A DNA stretch of 64,000 bases, taken from assembly GCF_000189555.1 (NCBI RefSeq), contig NC_017276.1. The stretch is one strand, 5' to 3'. Positions within the stretch are counted from its first letter, which is position 1; each line of letters opens with the position of its first letter. This DNA is from Saccharolobus islandicus REY15A (GTDB lineage Archaea > Thermoproteota > Thermoprotei_A > Sulfolobales > Sulfolobaceae). Positions 1 through 11,591 of the stretch are shown piece after piece. The translations under genes and the position numbers were made by a program. A model generated the notes under the pieces. That model made no database searches. It worked only from the letters and a program-made list of their open reading frames with translations, and had not been told where the DNA came from.

Positions 1-208
1 TACTAAGCGCTTGAATCAAATATCTGAACTTATCTTTAACGAAGAATCTATTCTTCCCTATTCTAATTCCTTCCATTTCTACGATATATCTCTCAGTATC
101 TCTAATAACGTAAGAACCAGGTACCCATGTTGGAAAAATGATTATACCCTCTTTCCCTTCCCCAAAAACCTCAATATACTTATTCCGAGAATTTATATAA
201 AATTTCAT
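1..208 (-). CDS. M61-family (glycyl aminopeptidase-like) peptidase, 5' part; runs off the window edge
   Basis: Not in the ORF track. Manual translation from ATG at 208 gives [41 protein letters not shown]..., open to base 1. [12 protein letters not shown] matches the M61 N-terminal motif. Confidence 0.75.
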   Translation of the reverse strand, partial: MKFYINSRNKYIEVFGEGKEGIIIFPTWVPGSYVIRDTERYIVEMEGIRIGKNRFFVKDKFRYLIQALS

Positions 209-242
209 TTTAGAAAGCAAGTAGAAAAGTTAATAAAAAATT

Positions 243-572
<330 letters not shown>

Positions 573-749
573 CTATTCTACCGAATCATTAATTAAAATA
601 ATCCCTAAAGAGTTCGGGAATCTTTTTCCATCTTTGCTTATTAATATTATATATTCCTTTATTAAGGTAACTAACCCATTATAGTATATAATGAGGCAAA
701 TTAGGCTAGCCAAAATATTTAAATCTGAGGAAAATAAGAGTACAGTTAG

Positions 750-1145
750 ATGAATCTCAGAGAGAAAATTCTTGCTTATTTATATCAGAATAGGGACTCC
801 ACTTTGGAAGAAATAGTGGAGGGACTTAAGGAAGATAAATATGAAATTGATGCGACGTTGAAGTATTTAGAACGAGAGGGATTAGTTATAAAGAGAAGTA
901 AAGGCATTATATTTAAAAAGACTGTTTATGATCTTACTGCATCCGGTTTAGAGGAGGCGAAGAAGATTTACGAATCTTTACAAGAAAAATCGAGACAATT
1001 ACAAGAATTACTTACAAGTGGTAATGTTGATCCTTCTCAGTTACCTCAAGAGTACATTGATGTTCTTCCATTATTAATCACTTTGTCACTTTTAGATATG
1101 ATGTTATTAGAAGATCTGATGCTATTTGACACATTTGGATATTAA
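750..1145 (+). CDS. Winged-helix DNA-binding protein (MarR/ArsR-like)
   Basis: STLEEIVEGL..DATLKYLEREGLVIK..VYDLTASG wHTH pattern. Confidence 0.7.
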   Translation: MNLREKILAYLYQNRDSTLEEIVEGLKEDKYEIDATLKYLEREGLVIKRSKGIIFKKTVYDLTASGLEEAKKIYESLQEKSRQLQELLTSGNVDPSQLPQEYIDVLPLLITLSLLDMMLLEDLMLFDTFGY

Positions 1146-1180
1146 ACGCTTAAATCCGATAGTGTGCATATAGAAGTTAT

Positions 1181-1780
1181 GTGAGACTTAAGATTACTAG
1201 TATTGAAGATTTATTTATCCCACTACTTCAAGAATACTCATACTTATGTAATGGGATAATAACTGACATGAAATGCAAAGGTATGGAAATTTATAGAGAT
1301 CCGGATTTTATCGCTTTTACAGTGAATGACGTACTAAGTTCCATGAGTTTACAGGGCTTAATTAAGATGAAAACTAGAGGAAGGAAAAGGGAAAGGTGGT
1401 TAAGATATATTTCAAAATATAAAATGGAATTAGAACCTAAAGAGTTCTCAACAGTACTGAGATTAGGAGCATTATTAACTATTTACGTTGATGGATATGA
1501 GATAGAAGGGAATCAAGGAGATGTAGTAGTTAAGGAGTTCAGAGTCAGCGGAACTGGTAGCAATACAGACCATATTAGAAAAATGTTACTCGAACTCTCC
1601 CCTAGGCTAATAGTCATTCAGAATAAGAATAATATTTGGTACGTGGTTACGGGATATAAGGTAGCATTTGTAGATTCACAATTAAAGAAAATAGAAAAAT
1701 CATTTGTAAACTCAGATAGAATGGAATGTAGTGAAATACAAGAGGAGTATAACACCAGAATATGTCTTAATCCTTCTTAA
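1181..1780 (+). CDS. Hypothetical protein
   Basis: 199-aa ORF with normal codon usage; no motif recognised. Confidence 0.7.
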   Translation: MRLKITSIEDLFIPLLQEYSYLCNGIITDMKCKGMEIYRDPDFIAFTVNDVLSSMSLQGLIKMKTRGRKRERWLRYISKYKMELEPKEFSTVLRLGALLTIYVDGYEIEGNQGDVVVKEFRVSGTGSNTDHIRKMLLELSPRLIVIQNKNNIWYVVTGYKVAFVDSQLKKIEKSFVNSDRMECSEIQEEYNTRICLNPS

Positions 1781-2221
1781 TCAGAAAGTGAGTTCATTTC
1801 ACATCGTCAACACTCGGCAAACTCATCATCACTTAATTCATAGAGAAATGGATAAAAAACTTAAATATAATAAATGGAAGATTATGCTTCCCTTTGTGGT
1901 AATACTGAATAGTTATACGTTATCTTTTAACTCCTAAAATTTAATCTGAAAGTTAGGGAATAAAGATGCTTTTTTGCGTAATAGAGAAATCCTCCTATTT
2001 GTAGACATAAAAGCAGGAGGAAGACGTTACAGATTAGAAATAAATAAATTTAAAGTATTTATAAATATGTCCGAATAATTATAAAAATTTCTAGGCAAAG
2101 AAAGTTACTAAACACATTAGAAGACATTAATATGTTCATAGGTCGTAAACTTCCTCTGAGTGAGATTAATCAATATCTTGAGGAAAGCTCTATATCCTCA
2201 AATACAATAAATTATAGTTGA

Positions 2222-2953
<732 letters not shown>

Positions 2954-2968
2954 TGTTCAGTTGTATAT

Positions 2969-3799
2969 ATGATGGCTAAAAGGAAAAAATCGCAACAAAA
3001 TGAGAATAAATTGATTTACATACCTTTTGTTGTGTTAGCTGTGATAATTATAATCTTAGTAGCAGTGCCATACCTTGGCCATCCTTCCTCGTCTTCACCA
3101 ATTACAGCCAATGCTAATACTCCTCTCTTTAACTTATATAAGGTAAGTAATACCAATTACGCTTCTAACAATTCAGTCGAAATTTACTTCATAAGTTGGT
3201 ATGGTTGTCCAAACGGTGCTACGACGTCATGGCCCTTATATTTAGCACTTTCAAAATATGGAAATCTAAGCATAGTCACACATTATTCAGTAAACGAGCG
3301 AGAATTTGGAGGGGAAATCCCAGCTTTACTATTCCTAAACTATACGCCATTTCCAAACTCTCGAGTATACTTTCACCCAATTTACATTTATGGCCAATAT
3401 TTAAATCAGACAACAAATGGTACACCAATAAATACTGATGATGTAACGTTTGGACTGAAAGAGTTAAAAAGTGAGTTACCAAGTTGGGCATATAATCTAG
3501 TAGTATATTATGAAGTAAATCAGACATACACGAAACTTAATAATATAGCCCCAGCATATTTTGGAAGCCATCCCCACATAATCACAGTATTGATTATAAC
3601 TGGGCCTGGAGGCACTTGGGTTGATTTGGGGTATCCTAATTCAATCTCTCCAACCGTATTAGCAGCATTAAATTCTACATTATTATACAATATGATACTA
3701 AACAAAGTTACGCCTTCTGGACAGTACTTACAGGCTTACAATGAAATTCTAAATGCTTCAAGCGAAATAACAAATGCTATAAACGAGGCTTTAGCCTAA
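2969..3799 (+). CDS. DUF929-family membrane-anchored thioredoxin-like protein
   Basis: N-terminal TM helix followed by SWYGCPNGATTSWPL, typical of DUF929. Confidence 0.7.
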   Translation: MMAKRKKSQQNENKLIYIPFVVLAVIIIILVAVPYLGHPSSSSPITANANTPLFNLYKVSNTNYASNNSVEIYFISWYGCPNGATTSWPLYLALSKYGNLSIVTHYSVNEREFGGEIPALLFLNYTPFPNSRVYFHPIYIYGQYLNQTTNGTPINTDDVTFGLKELKSELPSWAYNLVVYYEVNQTYTKLNNIAPAYFGSHPHIITVLIITGPGGTWVDLGYPNSISPTVLAALNSTLLYNMILNKVTPSGQYLQAYNEILNASSEITNAINEALA

Positions 3800-3802
3800 A
3801 AA

Positions 3803-4795
3803 TCATTTTGCTATAAATACTTTTGAGAAGTTACCCTCTTTTTGTACTTTTAGCAGTCTTAAAGAGGATGGACATTCGCTACATTTATCAATTTGGGGGA
3901 GCTTCTTATTGCCTAATAGAATAATTTTATTGAACATGTGGGAATATCTAGTCAGTATGAAGTCGAAATACTGTTTATTAAGTATAACTGGTAATGCTTC
4001 AATCTCATGAAACACTGAACTAGTAAATAACTTAGAGTTCTTCCAAGCTGAAACTATGTTGCTATTATCATCGAAGACCTTATCCTTACCCCATACAAAA
4101 ATTGGGACCAATAATACATCACCGCCTTCTATATCGTTTACTCTTTTGTTTTTACCATATTCTTCTAAAAAGTCAAGTATAACATTCATATAATATCTTC
4201 CCAATTTCTCATCATACATCTTATCCTTATCATATTGTTCATGGAATAACTCATTAAGCCAAATATAGGCATCAACTATTTCATTTCTTCTCCCTATTAT
4301 TGGGTCGTAAAACTTAAACTCAGTAAAAGACGAAAGTGATGGGGACGCAACAATAACGCTCCCTTTAATTTCATCCTTAACCTCATTTAAACCATCTTTG
4401 AAATAGTTATAAGGAATTAAGGGATCTACTGCAATACCGGGAGTGTAACCTTCTTCAGTCCCAGGGATTGAATATTGAATAAATCTGTAAATATCAAAAA
4501 ACTTTGCCTCTGGATACCATTCCTTAAATTTTGCCAAACCATCTTCCTTTCTTTCATTAATCTCCTCCATTATTTTTTTAAATGCCTCAATGGTATCCTT
4601 ATACTCTCCATCTAGATAGCCATAGGGAATGAAAATAGGCTCTCCCCATTTAGGATCCGCATACCTAAAACCATAACCTCTTATAATATCTGGGAGATAA
4701 GAATCTAGTATAGTCTTTATTGCTAACTTCATTGTTGGATGTAAGTGATCTATATGATGTATTACCTTGACTTTCCTACCAAATAAGCTAGGCAC
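3803..4795 (-). CDS. Hypothetical protein
   Basis: 330-aa ORF with GTG start; no family recognised. Confidence 0.75.
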   Translation of the reverse strand: MPSLFGRKVKVIHHIDHLHPTMKLAIKTILDSYLPDIIRGYGFRYADPKWGEPIFIPYGYLDGEYKDTIEAFKKIMEEINERKEDGLAKFKEWYPEAKFFDIYRFIQYSIPGTEEGYTPGIAVDPLIPYNYFKDGLNEVKDEIKGSVIVASPSLSSFTEFKFYDPIIGRRNEIVDAYIWLNELFHEQYDKDKMYDEKLGRYYMNVILDFLEEYGKNKRVNDIEGGDVLLVPIFVWGKDKVFDDNSNIVSAWKNSKLFTSSVFHEIEALPVILNKQYFDFILTRYSHMFNKIILLGNKKLPQIDKCSECPSSLRLLKVQKEGNFSKVFIAK

Positions 4796-4834
4796 GTCTT
4801 ATAATGGAAGTAATAAAATTTAAAGCCTTTCATA

Positions 4835-5902
4835 TTAAATGCTGCCATTTAGAAATCTTGACGCTAAATATCCTAAAGCATGAGTACCTAAAGCTGCCAA
4901 CAGCGCTAAAGAAGCCATTTGAGCACCTTTCCTAAAGGGGTTTATTCCACTTAATATCCCTATGATAGAACCAACTATAAATGTAGATAATCCTGCTACC
5001 ACATAAGACGTTATCACGCCAGTGAGTCCAGATAATCCAACTAAATATGGCAAAATGGGTATTATAGCTCCAGTAATGTATGATAAACCTGTGATTAAGG
5101 CACTCTTAACCGGATTTTCTTTAACCTCCGGGTATAGAATATCTTCAGCAACGTTAACTAAACTTGACGAAACCTTCTTGGCTAGATTTAGATTTACTCC
5201 AAGTTCTGTGAAGAAATTGACTAGCCTTAATTGAACTGAGTGCTGGTCAACATTCTTTTCCAACTCCAATCTCTTTCTTTCTTGGATCTTTACATCTTTT
5301 TCTGACTTAGTAGATAGGTATGCACCTATTGCCATTGAAAGCGTTCCAGATACTCCAACTATTAATCCTCCCACGGCAACAAATAGTGGTGAAGATATGG
5401 CCCCAGATAATCCCGATACTGCAGCTAAAACCTCTACTAGACCATCACTTATACCATACACAAAATCACCTACGCTCTTGGCTTCAACATTCCCTAAAAC
5501 TTTTTCGTGTACTGCCTCATCTACCATAATATCCTTTAATCTTTGTTTCTCCTCAGATGAGAAGATCTCCATTTCGGACAATTTTCTATACTTCTCTATG
5601 TCATCTTCTTCACTGCTCTCTAAAACTTTAATAGTAATATCTAAACCTAAAATTTTTCGCAACAAAGTGTAAAAGTTTACTCTGATTCTATTTAATGTTG
5701 TTAATTTTCCTTTAACTCTAAGTCCTCTCTTCTCTGCGACCTCTCTCCAAAATTCCGAATGTTTCTTCTCCATCTCTGCTAACTTAAAGAGTGTCTTCTT
5801 CAACTCTGGATCTCTTTCTGCTTCTGCTAACTTACTGTAAACCTCATGGTCAAATAGCTCTTCTTCGTAACTCCTAAGTATAATATTCTCCAACTTTCCC
5901 AC
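4835..5902 (-). CDS. Ferritin-like (rubrerythrin) domain fused to a VIT1/CCC1 metal transporter
   Basis: ExxH motifs (EMEKKH, DEAVH) at the N-terminus; DFVYGISDGL and GTLSMAIGAYLS VIT1 motifs. Confidence 0.88.
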   Translation of the reverse strand: MGKLENIILRSYEEELFDHEVYSKLAEAERDPELKKTLFKLAEMEKKHSEFWREVAEKRGLRVKGKLTTLNRIRVNFYTLLRKILGLDITIKVLESSEEDDIEKYRKLSEMEIFSSEEKQRLKDIMVDEAVHEKVLGNVEAKSVGDFVYGISDGLVEVLAAVSGLSGAISSPLFVAVGGLIVGVSGTLSMAIGAYLSTKSEKDVKIQERKRLELEKNVDQHSVQLRLVNFFTELGVNLNLAKKVSSSLVNVAEDILYPEVKENPVKSALITGLSYITGAIIPILPYLVGLSGLTGVITSYVVAGLSTFIVGSIIGILSGINPFRKGAQMASLALLAALGTHALGYLASRFLNGSI

Positions 5903-6018
5903 TCTTTATAATATTCTATAACAGAGTAGAATTTAAGATTAACTTATAGTTATTATGAATTAATAGCTACTTCAATTAAGAAGGGAAATTTTTAGCTCCA
6001 AAAAGGAGAATATAAAAC

Positions 6019-6300
6019 ATGGACATATTTGAAAAGGCGAAAAAGCTGAAAAGTTTAGGAGATGAATATGAAAATTTCCTTAATAGTCTACTTAACGACC
6101 TATTTAAGTTAATACCGGACTGTCTAGCATTGAACTTAGATGACTCCTTATTGCCAATATACGCAGTTTCCGGACTAAAGACAAAAGGATTGCTAGCATT
6201 TCCATATAAGTGCAGAGGGAGAGTTGGATATGTGGTAATTGGTGAGGATGGAATACTGTACTTTGAGGATACAGAAGGAAATGTTATTGAACTTAAATAA
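6019..6300 (+). CDS. Small hypothetical protein
   Basis: 93 aa, with a GGAG SD upstream. Confidence 0.7.
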   Translation: MDIFEKAKKLKSLGDEYENFLNSLLNDLFKLIPDCLALNLDDSLLPIYAVSGLKTKGLLAFPYKCRGRVGYVVIGEDGILYFEDTEGNVIELK

Positions 6301-6336
6301 AAATTAATAAAGTATAGAGTGAGAAGTTAATCCGCA

Positions 6337-6885
6337 TTGAAAAATTTCACTCTAAGCAAGGCAGTATTTTTATTTCCATTTTTATTATGGTGGGTTCCAA
6401 TTATAGGGCCATTTTTCACTGGGTTACTACTAAGTTATCATTTCAAAACAAATTATAGGCTTTCAATAATCTCTTCTATAGCATATTCAGTTTTTCTATC
6501 TGCAATAACAACATATGTATTTTATGTAGTGAGGATTACTATTTTGGGATATCCATTTTATTATTTTGTGTTGGCATTCAATGTAATTGGAAGTATAACA
6601 TGTATAGCAACGGCATATATGTCAAGCCGGCACGGTACATTCGCAAGAATGATGAGAAATACCATAGAATTAGAATTTACAGTAAATGATATGAATGAAA
6701 TAGACGAAATACTATCACAATATCTTGACGTAAGTCTTTGTAGCAAGCCAAATATTAGGTTCATATCAGAGGATCAAATTGAGATTAAACGATCGTGCAA
6801 TAATTTACAAATAAATTACGAAGTAATAAAAATGGGTAGGGCCCTAAGAGTTAAGGCTAAATTTGAAAACCTCAGAAATTATTAA
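6337..6885 (+). CDS. Hypothetical membrane protein
   Basis: About 3 hydrophobic helices followed by a soluble C-terminus; TTG start. Confidence 0.65.
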   Translation: MKNFTLSKAVFLFPFLLWWVPIIGPFFTGLLLSYHFKTNYRLSIISSIAYSVFLSAITTYVFYVVRITILGYPFYYFVLAFNVIGSITCIATAYMSSRHGTFARMMRNTIELEFTVNDMNEIDEILSQYLDVSLCSKPNIRFISEDQIEIKRSCNNLQINYEVIKMGRALRVKAKFENLRNY

Positions 6886-7555
6886 ATATTTTCTCAAATG
6901 TTCTATCTAATAACAGTCTAACCTTATCACTAGGTTTCTTACCAAAAACATCTTCAAATACTAAATCTGACAACGTTAGCCTTCTATTCCATCCCTTCTC
7001 CTCCAGTTCTGGTATTTTAGGGAACTCCCTTACATATCCTAAGGTTAAATAACCTACCAGCTCTATCTCCTTGGGAATTTTTAATATCTCCTTGACTTTT
7101 TCCTTATTGAAAAACGATACAAATCCAACACCTATTCCCTCTTCAGTAGCAGCTAACCACAAATTGCCTATTGCCAATATAGTACTATACAGTGATGTCT
7201 CTGGCATAGTTGACCTACCTAAAATATTAGGGCCAAATCGATTAGGATCGTAGGTTACTGCTATATTAACGGGAGAATCTAATATGGCTTCTACCTTTAT
7301 CTTAGAAAATATTGCTTTGCGCTCTTCATCTAAAACGTTCTCAAATCTCTTCCTTTCTTCCTCTACTAACTGCTTAATCTTCTTCCTAATTTCCATGTTT
7401 TTAATTATAATGAAATTCCAAGGCTGTGAATAGCCAACTGAAGGAGCTAGATGAGCTGCAGAAAGGATTCTGGCTAAAACCTCATCAGGGATAGGGTCTG
7501 GTTTATAATAACTTCTTATATCCCTCCTTTTTCGTATTGCTTCATATACATTCAT
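6872..7555 (-). CDS. bluB: Nitroreductase family, BluB-like 5,6-dimethylbenzimidazole synthase
   Basis: [34 protein letters not shown] and [17 protein letters not shown] motifs. Confidence 0.8.
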   Translation of the reverse strand: MNVYEAIRKRRDIRSYYKPDPIPDEVLARILSAAHLAPSVGYSQPWNFIIIKNMEIRKKIKQLVEEERKRFENVLDEERKAIFSKIKVEAILDSPVNIAVTYDPNRFGPNILGRSTMPETSLYSTILAIGNLWLAATEEGIGVGFVSFFNKEKVKEILKIPKEIELVGYLTLGYVREFPKIPELEEKGWNRRLTLSDLVFEDVFGKKPSDKVRLLLDRTFEKIFNNF

Positions 7556-7560
7556 ACTTA

Positions 7561-7575
7561 TGGATAGACTATCCA
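7561..7575. promoter_or_regulatory. Perfect palindrome TGGATAG-A-CTATCCA between the bluB TATA-like tract and its start codon
   Basis: 7+1+7 bp dyad, 6 bp upstream of the ATG and just downstream of a TATATATA tract (about 7578-7585). Confidence 0.4.
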
Positions 7576-7620
7576 GATATATATACTTACTTGCTGAGTG
7601 ATGGTGTCTAGATATCTATC

Positions 7621-8850
7621 TCAGAGTCTGCTTAGAAGTTCAGTTATAGCCTCGATATAGGAGGGATGTGGAGCTACGTAATCCTTAATCTCACTAACCT
7701 TAATATTATACCTAATTAAGAATGAAATTAAAGATATCACTTCTTCAGCATCCTTCATAAAAGCTTGAGCTCCCACAATCTTATCGTCTTTAACGCAAAT
7801 CTTAAGGAATCCATCAGTCTCTTTTTCAGTAATCGCACGACCTATTTTGGCTAAATTAATTTTAGCACACTTTCCTTCCATGTTTCCTACATAAGCTATT
7901 GTAGGATGAGTATATACGACTTTAGGTATACCTTGTTTATTAAATACTTTCTTCCCACCCATAACGTTAATTGCAGCTACTTTCCCTGCGTACATTGCTT
8001 CATGAGCAGTGTGAGTACCAATTATATCACCGGCTGCAAAAACGTTACTTATACTGGTTCTTAAGTATTCATCAACAGTTACAAAGGGATTGTGATTAAC
8101 CTCCTCAAAACCTTGGATTGATGGTTTTCTACCAAAAGTCATGTATACAACATCTGCAGTTAACCTCTCCCCGTTATCTAATACTACCTCTCTTTCTTTC
8201 ATCTCCTTAACTGAACGATTCAAATACAATTTCACACCTATCTTTGAGAAGTAGTTGGTTATAGCATTACTAACCTCCTTATCCAGATATGGCAATAGTG
8301 AAGACTGTTTATCAATTAGAACTACTTCCTTTCCAAGTTTTCTTAGCATCCATCCAAATTCAACACCTCCCACATCTCCTCCAACGATAACAACGCTCTG
8401 GAAATCCTTATCTAGATAAGGCAAATCCTCTGAATATATTATACCCTTAACTACTTCTCTATAAGTACCTGTAGCTAAAACAATATAATCTGCTTGAAGA
8501 GTCTCGTTATTAACGTTTAACTGCCCAGATCTAAGGGACGCAACCCCATAAATAACTTCTACTCCATTATCTTCCAGCATGTATTTGACTCCCTTGGATA
8601 ACCTAAATGACGCCTCTTGGCCTAATTTTCTCAACTCTCCCAAATCAAAAACTATACTTTTACCTAACTTTTCGAGCTCAGAAGCCAGATGTATGGGATG
8701 CAACATAGCCTTAGATGGAATACAGCCGTATAGTACACATGTTCCTCCCAGTCTTTCCTCTTTTTCCACTAATATTACCTTGTTATTTTTAGCTAATTCT
8801 AATGAGGCATATATTCCGGCGGGACCCGAACCTATAACCGCAACCTTCAT
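7621..8850 (-). CDS. Dihydrolipoamide dehydrogenase-like FAD-dependent disulfide oxidoreductase
   Basis: GSGPAG FAD motif, GGTCVLYGCIPSK redox disulfide and C-terminal HPSYIE. The likely start is MKVAVIG at 8850. Confidence 0.88.
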   Translation of the reverse strand: MKVAVIGSGPAGIYASLELAKNNKVILVEKEERLGGTCVLYGCIPSKAMLHPIHLASELEKLGKSIVFDLGELRKLGQEASFRLSKGVKYMLEDNGVEVIYGVASLRSGQLNVNNETLQADYIVLATGTYREVVKGIIYSEDLPYLDKDFQSVVIVGGDVGGVEFGWMLRKLGKEVVLIDKQSSLLPYLDKEVSNAITNYFSKIGVKLYLNRSVKEMKEREVVLDNGERLTADVVYMTFGRKPSIQGFEEVNHNPFVTVDEYLRTSISNVFAAGDIIGTHTAHEAMYAGKVAAINVMGGKKVFNKQGIPKVVYTHPTIAYVGNMEGKCAKINLAKIGRAITEKETDGFLKICVKDDKIVGAQAFMKDAEEVISLISFLIRYNIKVSEIKDYVAPHPSYIEAITELLSRL

Positions 8851-8884
8851 AAGAAAAATAATTGACTTGGCATTTAAAAGCAAA

Positions 8885-10102
8885 TCACTGTTCTAGACTT
8901 ATCTTATATGTCTCTGGTCCAGCGACAAGTCCAATTATGGCTATAATAAAGCCAATGACTGCTATAGTCGTAGCTGCGTTAAATGGGTTCATAAAAGTCG
9001 AAAGAATTGAAACGTAAATTGGTGCGAAGCCCGCTATTATATACGCTCCATTGTATGCAGTACCAACTCCTAAAGCTCTTGTAAACGTCTTAAATCTCTC
9101 TGATAGAAATGCAGGAGTTATAGAGGAGGGCAAATTTATCAGAAAACCAAAAAGTAATACAAGATATAATAAGTTAATGTTGTGTATTTGAATAAAGTAG
9201 TAAAAAGTAAATGAGCCTATTGCAGCAATTATCGAACCTATTATACCCATCATTCTTCTCCCTATATAATCTGAGAGTAATCCTGCAATTATCATCGATA
9301 GTATTCCTATTAGATTCATATAGAGAACTAGGGGACCATAGTATGAGGGAGGCAACTTCATAACTTGGCCAAATAGTGTAGGTACTAATTGAGGTCCAGC
9401 ATATATTGCTAACCAGAAGCCTACCATGACTAGAAAAGGTTGCGGAAGTTCTCTTAAACCTTTTAAGGGGTTTGCAGAATGCTTCACCTTGAGCCAAATA
9501 CTTGGCTCTGTCATCTTAAATCTGATTAATACTGCTAACACTGCTGGTATTACTCCAATTGCGAAAATCAGTCTCCAATAAAATGATATGAACTCCGCTC
9601 CAGTAACAGAAGCTAGATAAGTGAACAAGGAGTCTACTCCAACAAAACCCACCAGTACTCCAGATTGCATTATACCAGAAAATATACCTCTATAATTGTT
9701 TAGGCTTTCCATAACTATGGTAAAACTTCCAGCGACGTCTCCACCAATAAAAATGCCTTGTACAAATCTGAGCATCGAGATTGTAATAGCTGCCAAGATT
9801 CCTATTTGAGCATAAGTAGGTAATATAGAAGTTAGGCCTATAGATAAAGAGTAGCCTAAGACTGTAATTAACAAGCTAACTCTTCTACCATATTTATCTC
9901 CAATATAACCAAATACAAAACCACCTAAAGGTCTTGAGATTACGGTAAATACTATGGGCAAAACTGCACCTAATAAACCTATTCCAGGATAAAATAATTT
10001 ACCTAATATAGTTGACGTAATAACGACAGCGCCTAAATCGTAACCATCCATTATCCACGAAATGTAACCCCCAACTACATTACTCCAATTTTCAGCTTTC
10101 AT
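8885..10102 (-). CDS. MFS transporter (metabolite:H+ symporter-like)
   Basis: About 12 TMs; [10 protein letters not shown] and LSDYIGRR motif A repeats. Confidence 0.92.
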   Translation of the reverse strand: MKAENWSNVVGGYISWIMDGYDLGAVVITSTILGKLFYPGIGLLGAVLPIVFTVISRPLGGFVFGYIGDKYGRRVSLLITVLGYSLSIGLTSILPTYAQIGILAAITISMLRFVQGIFIGGDVAGSFTIVMESLNNYRGIFSGIMQSGVLVGFVGVDSLFTYLASVTGAEFISFYWRLIFAIGVIPAVLAVLIRFKMTEPSIWLKVKHSANPLKGLRELPQPFLVMVGFWLAIYAGPQLVPTLFGQVMKLPPSYYGPLVLYMNLIGILSMIIAGLLSDYIGRRMMGIIGSIIAAIGSFTFYYFIQIHNINLLYLVLLFGFLINLPSSITPAFLSERFKTFTRALGVGTAYNGAYIIAGFAPIYVSILSTFMNPFNAATTIAVIGFIIAIIGLVAGPETYKISLEQ

Positions 10103-10294
10103 GGACTCTAACTCTTAAATTTATACTAAAAAATTATCTCCTAAAAATACAAACAGCTAAACATAAACAGTATTTCAAGAAAGATTTTTATTGAATCCAA
10201 CTGTTATGTTTGAAAACAGTTTAATATGCACCACTAATGTCTTCTAAAAAAGCCTAAGAATAAACTATGTCATTATTAAGTTTTTAAAGAGGAC

Positions 10295-10672
10295 TTAATA
10301 TCTAGCTTTTACTTTCTCTCCATTGTATACGAAGATTAAGTTCTTTTTTAAGCCGATGATTTTCCTATCCGTAATTACAACTAATGGGAACCTCTTCAGA
10401 TCTCTCTCTAATCTTATCACACTGGTAACCCTTAACCTATTGGATTTAACTTCTGAAAGTCTTTTCAGCACCTTATAGGTTTCCAATAGATCCTCCACAG
10501 TATAGAATGTTAAAACTAAATTCCCATCTAATTCCACTATACTGTCATCATCTATAATGAAAACTACTTCTAAAGCACCAAATGTCTCAAAAAGCTTCTT
10601 AACTGAGCTCTCTAGTTGAGAAATACTCATATTGGAATTTAGATCTATGGCTATTAGAGGTTCCATAGTCAC
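10295..10672 (-). CDS. Hypothetical protein, possibly a degenerate VWA-like fold
   Basis: IAIDLNSNMS and PLVVITD loosely resemble MIDAS-bearing strands. Confidence 0.6.
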   Translation of the reverse strand: MTMEPLIAIDLNSNMSISQLESSVKKLFETFGALEVVFIIDDDSIVELDGNLVLTFYTVEDLLETYKVLKRLSEVKSNRLRVTSVIRLERDLKRFPLVVITDRKIIGLKKNLIFVYNGEKVKARY

Positions 10673-10801
10673 ACACTTTTAACTATACTTATAAACTTTT
10701 TGCCTAATCACCCTAACGATCTTTTATTAATTTTAGTCAAAAAAAGTCCTAAATATTTTAGATGTCAGGATTTATATTGAGGTTAAACTAAATAATTTAT
10801 T

Positions 10802-11554
10802 ATGACACTAACTAAGGAACAACTGTTGAATAGGGCAATAGAAGTAATAGATAAGGCTAATAATGAGGGAATAACTCTAAGAGTAATTGGAGGTGCAGCA
10901 ATAGCACTAATAGCCAAAAAAGGATCAGAGTTATATCCACGAGTATACAAGGATATAGACTATTTTGGACTTTCATCTCAAAGTAGTAAGATATCTAAAT
11001 TCTTAGAAGGCATAGGATTAATCCCAAATAAGAGATTCAACGCTCTGCACGGACATACTAGATTGATGTTCTTTGACCCTATAATAAACTCAACGGTTGA
11101 TGTCTTTTTAGACGAGTTCATAATGTGTCACAAACTTGTATTAAAAGATAGATTAAGAATAATGAAATACACCATCCCAACTTCAGACTTATTTCTAACA
11201 AAAATGCAGATAATACAACTTACTGAAAATGACGAAAAGGATATAGCTGCACTACTTTATGACGTTGAATTAGGAGAGAGGGATGACGAGAAGACTATGG
11301 ACTATAACTATATTGCGAAAATCCTATCTGAAGACTGGGGGTTTTATAAGACTTATACAATAAATCATGAGAAAATATTAAAATTCTTAATAAATGATAA
11401 AAATAGAGAAATAATTGAACCTAAACTATTAAAATTAAGAGAAATAATTGAGAAACATCCTAAGAGCATTAAGTGGAAAATGAGGGCAAAAATTGGGGAA
11501 AAAGTAAAGTGGTATGAAGAACCGGAAGAAGTAAATACTAACTTCACTCAATAA
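10802..11554 (+). CDS. Nucleotidyltransferase-superfamily protein
   Basis: VIGGAAIAL...YKDIDY (GG + DxD) Pol-beta-like NTase motif. Confidence 0.7.
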   Translation: MTLTKEQLLNRAIEVIDKANNEGITLRVIGGAAIALIAKKGSELYPRVYKDIDYFGLSSQSSKISKFLEGIGLIPNKRFNALHGHTRLMFFDPIINSTVDVFLDEFIMCHKLVLKDRLRIMKYTIPTSDLFLTKMQIIQLTENDEKDIAALLYDVELGERDDEKTMDYNYIAKILSEDWGFYKTYTINHEKILKFLINDKNREIIEPKLLKLREIIEKHPKSIKWKMRAKIGEKVKWYEEPEEVNTNFTQ

Positions 11555-11591
11555 TAATTATTAATAAACTAGCGAGTTTATTTTATTATTA

